Of a stretch of DNA of 64,000 bases, positions 50,476 to 62,845 are shown in pieces. Origin of the DNA: Lama glama (Eukaryota); NCBI GenBank assembly GCA_028534125.1, contig CM052832.1, positions 12,030,001 through 12,094,000 of the forward strand. Reading direction: 5' to 3'. A program made the translations under genes and the position numbers. The notes below the pieces were generated by a model, which was not told where the DNA came from, did not search any database, and was given only the letters and a program-made list of their open reading frames with translations. Position 1 is the first letter of the stretch. Each line of letters opens with the position of its first letter.

Positions 50476-50806
50476 TGTTATGGACTGAATGTGTCCTCCT
50501 AAAATTCGTCTGTTGAAGCTCTAACCCCCAGTGTGATGGTATTTGGAGTGGGAGCTTTGGAGATAATTTGGTTTAGAGGAGATCATGAGGGTGGAATTAG
50601 TGTCCTTATAAGAAAAAGAATGAGCAATCAGCACCCCTGCTCTTCGCCTTGCAACTTGAGGACACAGTGAGAAGGTAGGCTGCCTGTACCAGATTGGCTA
50701 GCACCTTGATCTTGGACTTCCCAGCTTCCAGACCTGTGAGAAATAAATATTTTGTTTAAGCCACTCAGTCTATGGTATTTTGTTATGACAGTTGAGCTGA
50801 CAGACA
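50476..50806 (+). mobile_element. MLT1A/MLT1A0 MaLR solo LTR
   Basis: 'tgttatggactgaatgtgtcc...caccttgatcttggacttcccagcttccagacctgtgagaaataaat...gtttaagccactcagtctatggtattttgtt...gaca'. 5-bp TSD ggctg/ggcta; inserted in an L2 tail. Confidence 0.93.
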
Positions 50807-52759
50807 GGCTAGGTGAAATGAATTGATCTCCATCTCTAGAAAATGTTGCCACCTTTCAACAACTTCATGTTGTTCTGTTCCTTTTGCCTCTAAATTGCTG
50901 TACTCTCCTCTAATTTTGACTGTCATCCCCGATGATTAGAGAAAGAAAGCACAGGTTATGGCTTCTCTTTTCCTTTCTCCAACTTCTGCCTCGGTGGAGT
51001 TCATGCCATTTCAGGAGCTCTTTCATTTTAGGAAAGACATCTGTCATTGTCGTGTATCCCCCATCCTCAGCCCTTATTAATTGTCAATGCCCCACCCATC
51101 CCAGGCATCATCTCACGTAAGCCTGCATGTCATTGGCAGGGCCCTTCAGAGTGGTGTTGCTGCCCCAACCCTGCAACTCCATATGCATATTTTAAAAATC
51201 AGTTGACAAAATTTCTATTTAAAAGCTCCAAGGGAAAATCAGGTAGAGTAATAACATTTCATACAATTATTTGCCATATTGGCATTGAGGCAGAGAAATC
51301 TGTTAGAAAAACTGTTTGCTCTTTTCCCATGTGTCCATACTGGATAATATAGAGCTGGATATGCTGTCTCTAGTCTGAAGCTGTCATGTGCTGTAATAAC
51401 TGGTTTGACACCTATTATCTTTTTTTAATGCGGAGAGGAAATTGTCAGAGTTCACAACAGTAAAATAGATCCTTTGTTATTTGTATTATTTTCACTTGAA
51501 AGTATTTTTTACTCTTTGCCTTGATAAAAGTGAAATTTATGTGGTAAAAGACGATGTCATGACACGAAATGCCAGAATTTGGACAGTATCAGAGCAGAAC
51601 AGGATTCAAATGAATCATTAATTGGTATTTTTTAGAACCAGTGTTTATAAGCAAAGCTGTCGGCTTAAATCATAGCCTAACCTCACAGGATCTTAGTGCT
51701 TTATCAGAATAATTATTCATCGGTGACTTTAATATTTCTTCCTGGAGTGGTTAAAAGCATCCTTTCCATGGTGGTTCATAAGCACATATCACACACCCTG
51801 GCTTCACTCAGGCCTGCGTTCATTCATCGTAGGAGGAAAGATACGCTGAATTATGCTTTTAATTTTATATCCCTGGGAGGAATTCAGGCGCAGATTATTC
51901 TGGCCTTTGTGCTGTGCTGCCTGGAAAACAATTCTAAAATGCCTAATGGTTAAGCTTTAAAACTACTTTCAGTGAACCTTTGATATTCAACATCTATATT
52001 AAACAGAGTGAAAAACGCAATGGCAGTTCCAAATTAATTTTCTCCAGCCTGTCAAATGGACATTCAAGAAATCAAATGGACATTTCCAAACTTGTTTGCC
52101 AGTTTACATTCTGTGAAGAGGTCATTGCCATAGAGTGGTCTGGGAAGAAGACCACTGAATGTGAGCCACTGCATCCCCAGGCCTGGCTCTGCCTCTCCCA
52201 GGGACCTGCAGAGAGTGTCTCTGTACTTTTAGAACTCAGTTTTCTCTTTGATTAATTTTGGTATTTGAGCTAGACTCTATCTTGGGTCTCTTCCCTGCCC
52301 TTACTGTCTGTAATTCAAAGGGGGAAGTATGGCAGCAGTTTTTGGCCAAGAAGTATCAGGGACCCAGGAGATCATGGCCACGCCTGTTTTCTGAGGGCCA
52401 AGTAGTGGCCCCTGTATAGAATAACTTCATTCTGAGCAATCAGCAGATGTTACATGCCTCGATAGAGAATGCTGTGCTTGGTGCTGGGGGAAGGATGAAG
52501 AAACAAAAACAGTTAATTTGACAGAGAAGTGAGAGCTAAAGGCACAGAAAAGAAAATGATGAGTTATATGTCAGATGAGTGCTCTCTGTAGTAAATGTTT
52601 GGGGCAAGAGTTGAGATACTAAGGGAGGCCCTCAGAGCTGCAGAGCTGCAGAATGGGAGTGTGCTGTGTGCAGGCAGGGGTGCAGGCAGGCCCGTGGGAA
52701 ACAGAATCACAGACTCATGAGCTGTGATTGGGGCACAGTGAAGAGCTAGGCCGAAGTTT

Positions 52760-53250
52760 CTTCCTTTTAAATGTAGCCATTACTAGGAGATTTTTCTAAC
52801 AATTAAAAAAATACTACTGTTATAGAAAGTTGGGAAACTAGAAAAACATTAAAAAAGTAAAAAAATCACCCATAACCTCACAATCTATGGATCACTACTT
52901 TGATCTTGACCTATTTCTTTTTAGTCACGTGTGTGTATTCTTTTCAAAAGTGAACTTCATATTATATATGTTTTATTTCCTATTTTCGTTTGTGTTGTAT
53001 TGCTTTCTCCCACTTTTATTAAATATTCCTTGAAAACATTTTTCAGCACTGTATGTTATTTCACTATATAGATATTCCCATAATTTGACTTTTCCTATAT
53101 TGAAGCACATGTAGGTTGTTTTTGTTTTGATATTATAAATAGTACTGTGATAAATATTCTTACATATAAATTTTTACTTACTCTTATATATGAATTATGT
53201 AATTATTTGAGATTTTAAAAAATTACACTTCGACTTTTGTATAGAATTTT
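52760..53250 (-). mobile_element. Old L1ME-like 3' region
   Basis: 'aaaatcacccataacctcaca', 'cacatgtaggttgttttt...tattataaatagtactgtgataaatattctt'. Confidence 0.7.
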
Positions 53251-53539
53251 ATGTGGCATTTGAGGAGTTTGAACTTTAAATTGTAGACATTAGATACCAG
53301 CTAAAGTTTTTAATCATGCTGTTGATTAACCATTTGACTTTAGAAAATAAGTGCGATTGTACCTTAGAAAAAGACTGGAGGCTGCCTCTACCCTGGGACA
53401 GGTAGGAGCATCCTGAAAGAAGACTGTAAGGACTGATGCTGATACCTTTTTATTGATTTGTTCATTTATATAAGGCAGGAGCTTCATCAGACCCTGGGAA
53501 TGAGGTTGACTTGGATTAGTTTAAGCCACTGTCAGTTCT

Positions 53540-54090
53540 CTGTAACTACTGCAGTGGTCTCTTAACTGGTTATCCTGTTTACACTGTGGTTCCACTTTAT
53601 TTTCCACCTGGTATGTGCACATAACTCTGTAGGGTTCCCATTATACCCAGGATAAAAATCCAACATCTTAATATGGCCACTGTACTGTCCATTTATTACC
53701 TTCAGCCTTACTGGCCTTTTTTTTTTTTTTTTGCATTTTCTTAAATGTGCCAAGTTCTTTCCGACCCAAGGATTTTCCCACATGTTGCCTCTCTTCCCAG
53801 ATTGCTCTTCCCCTAGGCTTCCCCCAGCTTCCCCAGACTTGCCTTTTAGTCTTGGCTCAGTTTTCGCTGACTGAGAGAATCCTTTCTGACTACCACCACC
53901 CCTTATCTGAGTCATCACATAGAACCCAGGTCTTTTTCTTTAAAGCACTTTTACTTGTGTGTTTATTTAATGTATGATCCCCCACTAGCCTGTAAGCTTT
54001 GTAGTGGCAGGGACCATGACTGTCTTGTTCATTTTTCCCTAGTCCCTGTCACTGTCCTTGTCACATGGTAGAGGTGAAAGAATAAGTGAA
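53540..54090 (+). mobile_element. L2 3' region
   Basis: 'caggataaaaatccaacatcttaatatggcc', 'cactagcctgtaagctttgtagtggcagggaccatgactgtcttgttc'. Confidence 0.8.
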
Positions 54091-56004
54091 AAGTACGTAA
54101 GACAGATGTAGCCCCAGGCTTCTTAGAGTTTATAATCTTACTGAGCTTCCATGTTAACTCTGAGGGTAAGAGAAAGGAATCATGATGAATGAGGACTTTA
54201 ATCTAGATGGTCGGTAGGATAACGGTATCATTGACAGAAATGGTTAGGCTACATCAAATTAGGAGAGAAATGATGACTCCAGTTTTAGGCATGTGGAATT
54301 TAAGGATGGAAGTGGGGTAAGTGGGATAACCCATTGGGAGAATCCAGCATGCCAACACCAGTCTCTTGTCGTAATAAAGTAAAGCCTTACTCCAGATCTG
54401 TTGTGTATTTATTTTATTTTATTATTCATGAATCAGAGAACTTTTTTTAAATTGAGGCCCTGAAGCCTTTTAAAAAAAATTATTACCTTTATCCTTCTAA
54501 ATCGCAGATGAAAAAATAGAAAGAATAAAGCCATCATTTTAGTCTTACTTAAAGACCTGACGTTCTGCCACCCCCATTACTGAAACCCTGACACTTCCTG
54601 TTCTGTTTGGAGGAGAAAAAACATTGAAACTTTACTCTTTGTTCCCTGCCCCAATCCCTCCATCCACTCCCACTTCAATTATTTTGGAAAAAAAATACAA
54701 ATTACAAATTTGAGGAGTGTTTTCACATCCTCACTGGGATCCAACCATAGTATCAGGCTTATAATGTTAGATTTTGAGTATAGTGTTTAGTCTTGGTATT
54801 TCACAAAATTGCAAAGATAAATTTAAATTGGAAGCTCCTTTTTCCTGAGAAATAATAGAAAGTCTGCCCTGTGAAATGTGAGTAATGCAAGGATGGGCTT
54901 GATTATGATTTGAGCAGGATTAAGATCTTAGAAAGCCAAACCTAGATATAATCTCATTTCTTCACATTATAGACCTAGCATATTTTTAGAAAACTAATGA
55001 AAATATGAACCAAATTCCATCTCATATAGGTGCCTTTTGGCCTTGTGTCTATAGAGGTTATAAAATTTATCCCTGGCCCAGATGGTTATTCTTTGTTTTC
55101 AAGATTGAGACTACCCTTGAGCTATTAGACAGGTGCAGTCTTGAGGTCATACATAGTTTTTTTAAAAGTTGTTTAAAAGACTAAGGTGTTGTCTTTTGCT
55201 GCTTGGGCACCTTTCTATGACAGTGCCCAGCTCTCCCTTTCAGTTACCGACTCAGCCTGACACAGTTGTACTTGCTGCTTAACGCTCTGTAAAATGTTAT
55301 TTAAATATTTCTAACTTATTGTTTCGTGCTGGGTTTTATGGAACATAAATTTCTATTTAGGCCACTAATTTACAGTAGAAGTTTGTTACTAATATCACTG
55401 CAGGCTCCATCCATCTAAAAATATTGCTCATAACCTACGTGAAAAATATGTTATATATTTGCGCTGTATGTAAACAGCATTGTGTTTTATTAGTGTGCAG
55501 TGCTTTGTCTATGGAAATGTTGGTATTGCAGCATATATTTAGAGGGGGTAGGAAGTCAAGTCCGGTGGAAAGGCTACAGAAAAGTGAAATCCCTGCAGGA
55601 TTGGATTTATGGAATTTTCAGAGTGCTTTGCAGAAAATCTACATACACTACCTACGTTTTCTACAAAGACAAAGTGGAATCTTGCAGAATGTTCTGGGAA
55701 GCTCAGTTATTTCATGTATTCTCCATATTTCTAAGTGGTTTATAGAGGATTGAAACTGCAAATATATTCAGCTTAAGAGAGGCAATCATTATGGCTTTAA
55801 TGGTCATGTTTTTACCTTGAAAAATATTTATTAAATGGACCAGAAATAATCTAAGTTGGATCTTCTTTCTGGTAGTAGAGAAATGTAATTCCAAGGAATG
55901 ACATTTGTTTTTGTTTTTGTTTTGCTTTTGTTTTGCTAGTGTCTTTGAGCTGGAGATAACTTAGGGAATGGGAGGTTTAAGACTACAGAAGAATTTCTTT
56001 GGGT

Positions 56005-56047
56005 CATTTTGAGGAACCTTTAGTTGCATTTTGAGGAACCTTTAGTT
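56005..56047. repeat. Perfect tandem duplication (22-bp period)
   Basis: cattttgaggaacctttagtt at 56005-56025 and 56027-56047. Confidence 0.95.
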
Positions 56048-57580
56048 AAGTCACGCAGACTTGGTTACCTCAAAGTATTCAATTCTGAGTGCTAATCCTG
56101 CCCTTCGCTAGTAAAACTGAGGGAGAGAAAGTTAGATATGCATTATGATTAAATGCCATTTATAAGAGTTTGTTTTGTTCCTGATGTCCTGATTGGTCTG
56201 ATTCCCTGAATGAGGCAGCCTGTGCATTGACTTCATCCACCTCCCTTTGATAACAGCATAGCCACTGGGCATCACCTGGTGAATCCAAAGTTGGTACTTG
56301 TTGACCAGTTGAAAAGGTGATTGTGTGTCAAAACCAGACTGAAGTAAGTGCCAATTAAGCCATCAGAGCCAAGTTCTATCATCTTTCATGGGTATATTGA
56401 GAATTGACAGCCAGGTTCATAAATGGAAAGTCTTACAACTTTTTTGAAATACATTTGCAGAAAACTAAGGCCATTGGTTTTGCTCCTAAAATAGTGATAC
56501 TGTGGTAAGAAGCTTACCATCCTGTACTTACATGGTTCCCACGAGTGCCAGAAGCCATCATCTGTGATGCAGATTTTTTATAAACAACTCCCGAAGAGTT
56601 TTAATGTAGCAAATGAATCTTGGAAAACTGCTCTCTTTCTAATTTACTACTTTGTTCAATGCATGTTAAAGAAGAAGCAGTGAATCATATAATTAAATGT
56701 GATTTTTAAGGCCTCTGAGGTGGCACTTTCTAATTGATACTCAACTGGCATTTTGCTTGGCCTGTTGGACTGAGGCGGGAGGGCTTCCAAAGCTCATCTC
56801 TTCTGAGGGCAGATGGAGTGTGAGGGGGGCTTTAGCAGCAGCGTGCTGCTCACCATGCCTTTAAGTGGCTTCTGCTGTCACGCTGTCATCACTTTGTTCT
56901 ACACAGACACAAACCCCACCAACGCTTCTCTTGGTCATGTTTTTACTTAGAAACTTCAAAAGTGTTCACATTAAAATGATAAAGCATTTTTCAAAAGCTG
57001 ACCACTAGATCATTAAGAAAAACTGGGATAGAATCTGAGTAATAAAGGTTTTCTAAAAAAGGCTTTTTCCTGAGTTCACAAGAAAATGAGCACTCCCTAA
57101 CCAGTATTTATATCCACAGGGCATTGCCTGCAACTCCCTCAGTTATAATCCATCCCATCTTCAACCTATGCTTTGATTTTCGAGACCAGGACATCCTTTG
57201 GCTACATGGAGACTTTGTGCCCAGGACCGTGGCTGCCCTCCCATCTGAGCTTGGCCTCCCATCTAGACTTAGGCCTGTGCTGGGTAGGATGATAAATGTG
57301 AAAATTAGACTGCATTTTTGGCCAGGTTTTTCACTTTGTCATTTTCTTTCCCTCCCTGGTTATTTCTTCTGTTCTTACAGAAAGGAAAACAAAGCCCATT
57401 TAACAACCACAAAGTACACAGTCCACAGAGGCCTTAAAGATTAATGGCAACAAAACATGTTTATGTCTTTAATAAGGAATTGAAATTTACCCCTCACTAG
57501 ATAAATTTTTACTCTCTGTTCTTTCTCTCTGGAAATTGTTGGTATTGGGTGAAACAATTTGGTTTATAGGGTATTACATT

Positions 57581-58080
57581 NNNNNNNNNNNNNNNNNNNN
57601 NNNNNNNNNNNNNNNNNNNNNNNNNNNNNNNNNNNNNNNNNNNNNNNNNNNNNNNNNNNNNNNNNNNNNNNNNNNNNNNNNNNNNNNNNNNNNNNNNNNN
57701 NNNNNNNNNNNNNNNNNNNNNNNNNNNNNNNNNNNNNNNNNNNNNNNNNNNNNNNNNNNNNNNNNNNNNNNNNNNNNNNNNNNNNNNNNNNNNNNNNNNN
57801 NNNNNNNNNNNNNNNNNNNNNNNNNNNNNNNNNNNNNNNNNNNNNNNNNNNNNNNNNNNNNNNNNNNNNNNNNNNNNNNNNNNNNNNNNNNNNNNNNNNN
57901 NNNNNNNNNNNNNNNNNNNNNNNNNNNNNNNNNNNNNNNNNNNNNNNNNNNNNNNNNNNNNNNNNNNNNNNNNNNNNNNNNNNNNNNNNNNNNNNNNNNN
58001 NNNNNNNNNNNNNNNNNNNNNNNNNNNNNNNNNNNNNNNNNNNNNNNNNNNNNNNNNNNNNNNNNNNNNNNNNNNNNNNN
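57581..58080. other. Assembly gap (500 N)
   Basis: Exactly 500 Ns, a round placeholder length typical of scaffolding. Confidence 0.99.
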
Positions 58081-58259
58081 TCTACATACAAATTTCTTTT
58101 ATTAAGGTTTTACATACGAAGGTTGTGCTGTTCATTCAATTGTTTGGGTATCTTCTCTGGGCCTGCAGTGGTGTACTGCTTATAGTAGAGAGGGTTCAAT
58201 CTCTTTGAGTTGAATTTTAAAATACTACCCTAGGGAATCCTAGAGTTACAGAAGAGAAT

Positions 58260-58800
58260 AAACCATGATTCCTGCCTTCAAGGAGCTTACAATTTGACAG
58301 ATGCAAAATAACTCTAATAAAATGTATTAAGTGATAACAGATATACATGCTGTAGGAGTCTAGGGGAAGGAAACCAATATTTTCAGAAATAATCAGAGAA
58401 GGCTTCCTAAAAAATAATTATACTAAGTCCTTCTGTCTGAAAAATTGTAGGCATCTTTCAAGGCCTAATATAAATAATTTTTAGGAATTTTTCCCTGATT
58501 GTCCCTGAAATGTGCTTGCCATTTCCTAACTATGTCCTTTCCCACTCTGAACCTCCCTAAATGGAAGAGATTGGAGAGTGAATATGTATAGTAGTCAAAG
58601 ATGATCAGAATAGAGAAATCAAGACGAGGGAGGAGAAAGCTCTTCTGATGAGGTAATGCATCTCTTAGACATGATGAAGCTGAAGTGCAGGATATCGAGG
58701 TGGCTTGTCCAACAGGAGGGTGAAAATGTGGAGTGGTATTTCACGGGGTAGATTAGGTTTTTGGTTGACCCTGCACAAGCTGAGGCTATGGATATGGATG
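58260..58800 (-). mobile_element. Degraded L2 fragments
   Basis: 'catgattcctgccttcaaggagcttacaatt', 'aatcagagaaggcttcct'. Confidence 0.62.
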
Positions 58801-59865
58801 GAAGAAATTGCCTGTCAAGTTCTTGTAACTCTAACTTTCTTTTACCTAAATTAAACTGTCCTTAGTATTTTTGATTAATATCTAAGTTGGTGTTATGGCC
58901 TGATACTCTGTTGGTAGGGTGAAGATAATTTCTGAGATTTCTACCTTGGATTTATAACTGAGGAATTTGTATACAGAGATGCTAATAGTTGGAGCTACAT
59001 AAATTCAGAAACAGATAAATAGTTTTATGTTTGTTCTTGTGAAAGAGACAGGCATACTCTTTCCTAGGTCAAAGGGGAGAAACTTTGAGGTAAAAGAAAG
59101 GCCTGACAGTTCCTGGAAACCAAAGACAAAAGAGGCAAAAGTAGAATGATCCTTGTTTTCCATAGCTTTCTCTGTGGTTTTGGGAAACTGTTTTAATAAC
59201 TTAATAACTTTTTTTTAAAACTCAAGTCGTAATAACTTTTTCCAATTCTGTAGTCTTTTTTCCCCCTTAAATTCAAGACCACAAATAGGAAAAGCTGTAT
59301 TTGCATTTCAGTTTAATCAGCTTTCTCATTAGTACATTCTAATGTAAGTGTTCCCTGATTATCGACTGAAATTTACTGGATTCTGTATGTATGTATGGTT
59401 ATGCATAGATTTATTATTATTGTTCTTGAATTTTGGTGTTTTTATTTACCAATAATATAGCTCATTTGGGTATTAGGAGTGTTCCAGATTTGAAGGATTT
59501 CTAGTTTCTTTAAACTATGATTAGAAAATGCCAGATATTTAAATGAATGACAGGAATTTCTTTCTAGTTTTGTTTATTCAGTGTGACCTTTCTTTGGGGT
59601 TCTTAGCAGTACCCTACCATACACCTATCTATGCCTTTGGCTTTCCTATAGTGATTTTTGTGTTTTTAAAATATTGAACTATTTATGGAGGACATTTATA
59701 ACCCAATTAAAATATTTTATACATTTTTATAACTATGAATTATATTAAAATGTATTTTGAAGTTATAGTTCAAGAGCACAAATGGACAAAAACAAACAAA
59801 AAAACCACATTGCCACCTTCAAGAGGGAAAAGAAATTTGGAGCTCAGAGTTTTAATCAATTTGGA

Positions 59866-62845
59866 ATAGGTTGACATTACTGCAGGTTCTGCAGATGTTA
59901 AAAGAATCATAAGAATATTATGAACAATTCTGTGCTAATAAATTAGGTAATTTAGTTGAAATGGACAGATTTGTTGAAAGACAAAAACTGCCTGAGTCAC
60001 TCAGGAAGAAATAAATAACCAGAATAGCCATATATCTATTAAAGAAATTAAAATTTACAGCCGAAAACCTTCTCACAAAAAAATGCCAGGCCCAGTGGCT
60101 TTACTGATGAATTCTACCACATGTTTAAGGGAGAAATGACACAGATCCTACATAAACCCTTCTAGAAAGACTTGAACAAAAGGAAAGACTAGAACCAAAA
60201 TGGACAAAGATAAAGATACTGCGTCAACATAATTAAACAAACTACAAACCAATATCTAGCTTTCCCTCATGGAACACAGATTAAAAGTTTCTTAACATTG
60301 TAGCAAATTGCAACAATCCATTAAAAGGACAAGCACATCATAATAAGGTGAAGTTTATCACAAGAATACGAACCTAGTATAACACTTAAAAGTCAGTTAA
60401 ATATGATTACCAAACTAAAATTGAAAAATCATGTGATCGTCTCAATAGAGGCAGAAAAAATTTAACAATACCAACATCCATTCCTAATACTTTGTGCAAA
60501 CTGGGAACAGAAAAGAACTTTCTCAAACTGATAAGGGCTTCTATGGAAAGCCTATCATACTCACAAGTGAAAGACTGAATGCTTTCTCCCAACATCAGGA
60601 AAAAGTCAAGGATGTTCGTTCTCATGACTCTCATTTAGCATTGCACTGGAAGTTCTAGCTAGTGCAATAAGACAAGAAGAGAAATAAAAGGCATTTAGAT
60701 TGGAAAGGAGGAAGTAAAATTGTTTTTATTCTCAGACATCATCATCATCTATGTGGAAAAATCCAGTGAAGTCCTCAAAAAAGTCACTAAAACTAATAAA
60801 TGGGATTAGCAAGGGTACAGGATACAAGATCATTGTACAAGAATCAACTGTATTTCTATATAATATCTATAAACAATTGGTAATAAAAAATTTTAAACAA
60901 TATTATTTACGATAGCATCACAAACTTTTGAAATACTTAGGGGAAAAATGACAAAAGATATGTAAGACACTGAAAACTACAAAACAATGTAGAAAGAAAT
61001 TAAAGATCTAAGTAAATGGAGAGAGATATTGTGTTTACAGTTCAAAAGACTCAATATTGTTAGGATGTCAGTTTTCAAATTGATCAATAGATTCAACACA
61101 GTCTCCATTAAAATCCCAGCAGGTACTTTTGAAGAAATTCTAAAATTATATGGAAATGTAAAGAGGCTAGACTAATCAAAACAACTTTGAAAAAGAATAA
61201 CAAAATTGGTTTTTCTAACAGTACCCAATTTTAAGACTTACTGTAAATCAAGGCAGTGTGGTATTGGTGTAAAAGTTGACAGATCAAATCTGTCAGAAGA
61301 GAAAGTCTGGTTGTAGACCTATGTAATTATGGACAACTTATTTTTAGCAGAGGTGCAGAGGCAATGTAGTGGAGAAGGGAAAGCATTTTCAACAAATGAT
61401 GCTTGAACAAATGACTATCCATATGTAAAAAAAAATTGAACTTCAAATCATACTTTGTATGATAGGTAAAAATTAACTCAAAGGATTGTTGATCCAGATA
61501 TTAAAACTAAAATTAGAAAACTTCTAGCAGAAAACAACTTTGGTGACCTTGGCTTAGGCAAAGATTTTTTAGATATAGCACCAAAAGCCTGACTCATTCA
61601 TAAAAATTTTTGGCAAATTAGATTTCATCCAATGTAAAAACTTTGGCTCCTCTAAAGACACTATTAAGACAATGAAAAGATGAGCCGCAAACTGGGGAAA
61701 AATATTTGCAAATCATATTTGATAAAGAACTTGTGTTCAGAGTGTATAAAGAATGCTTATAACTCAATAACTTAGAAAAAAAATCCAAGAGTAAAAGGGG
61801 AAAAGATTTCAATAGATAGTTTACCACACAGGATATATGAATGGCAAATAAGCCCATGAAAAAACTGCTCGCTGTCATTAGCCATTAGGGAAATGCAAAT
61901 TAAAACTAAAATGAAATTTAAAGGACTTGATCATAACAAATGTTGGTGAAGATGTGAGGGAACTGTAACTCTCATACTCTTAACTCTGCTGATGAGAGTG
62001 TAAAGTTGGTATAACTGTAAAGGAAAACAGTTTGGCAATTCCTAAATTGGCAACTTTTAAAAATGTGAAACATGAACCAACCGTTTGACTCAGACATTCC
62101 ACGACTACATATTTACCAAGGAAAATGAAAGCATATATCCATACAAAGACAGGTGAATGTTCATAGCAGCTTCGTTTGTAATATGAAAAACTGGAAACAA
62201 CTCAGATGTTTATCAACAGATAAATACAGAAGTAAATTGTGATGCATCCGTGCAATAGAGTACTACTCACCGATAAAAAAGGATGAACTGTTGAGACGTG
62301 CAGCAACATGGATGAACCTAGAAATAATTATGCTGACTGTGTTAAAAGATAAGCTTAAGTACATTACATTTTTGAAGAGTTATTTGAGCAAACAGATTCC
62401 AGTTGAGCAGCAGCAAACCAGAAGTGGTTAGGAGTGCTCCATCGACAGGAGCTGGGGCAAGGTTTTATAGAGGAGACATGGAAACAAAACAAGGAAATTA
62501 TTTGGTTTGCTATAGCTTAAGTGATTGTATTATTTGGGAAAGCCTGATTGGCTCTTTGTAATTAGTCATTCTTCTTAACTTTGCGCCATTAACAAGTGAA
62601 ATAAGCCCGGGATGGGGGTAATTTCAGAAAATTAAAAATAATGTATAGTGCCAAAAACCACTACAGATTGGGAACAGAGGTGGGAAGGAGAAAGATTAAA
62701 AGGGGCCCAAGGAAACTTTGGGGGACAATGAGTATGTTAATTATCTTGACTATAGTGATGATTTCATATGTCAAAAATTACCAAATTTTATACTTCATAT
62801 ATATTGTTTGTTTCAGTTAAAACCTCAGTAAAGCTATTAAAAACA
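59866..62845 (+). mobile_element. Old L1 (L1MC/L1MD-like): decayed ORF2 plus 3'UTR, about 2.7 kb, split by an LTR
   Basis: 'aagaatattatgaacaa', 'gaaatggacagatt', 'ggaagttctagctagtgcaataagacaagaa', 'aagactcaatattgttaggatgtcag', 'aatatttgcaaatcatat', 3'UTR 'gaaactttgggggacaatgag'. Many stops and frameshifts. Confidence 0.93.
62340..62594 (-). mobile_element. ERV1-class solo LTR (MER4-group-like), short or internally deleted
   Basis: Termini TGTTAA...TTAACA. Interrupts the L1 motif 'attatgctgagtgaaa' with a 4-bp TSD actg/agtg (62336-62339 and 62595-62598). Confidence 0.8.

Noticed and set aside
57124..57444. 106-aa ORF as a coding exon
   Set aside because: No recognisable homology, a TTG start and only weak splice context.
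57536..58185. Long ORFs of 175-208 aa
   Set aside because: Artefacts of translating through the 500-N gap.
59866..62340. Functional L1 ORF2 / reverse transcriptase
   Set aside because: Riddled with stops and frameshifts; the ORF track shows no sense-strand ORF here.
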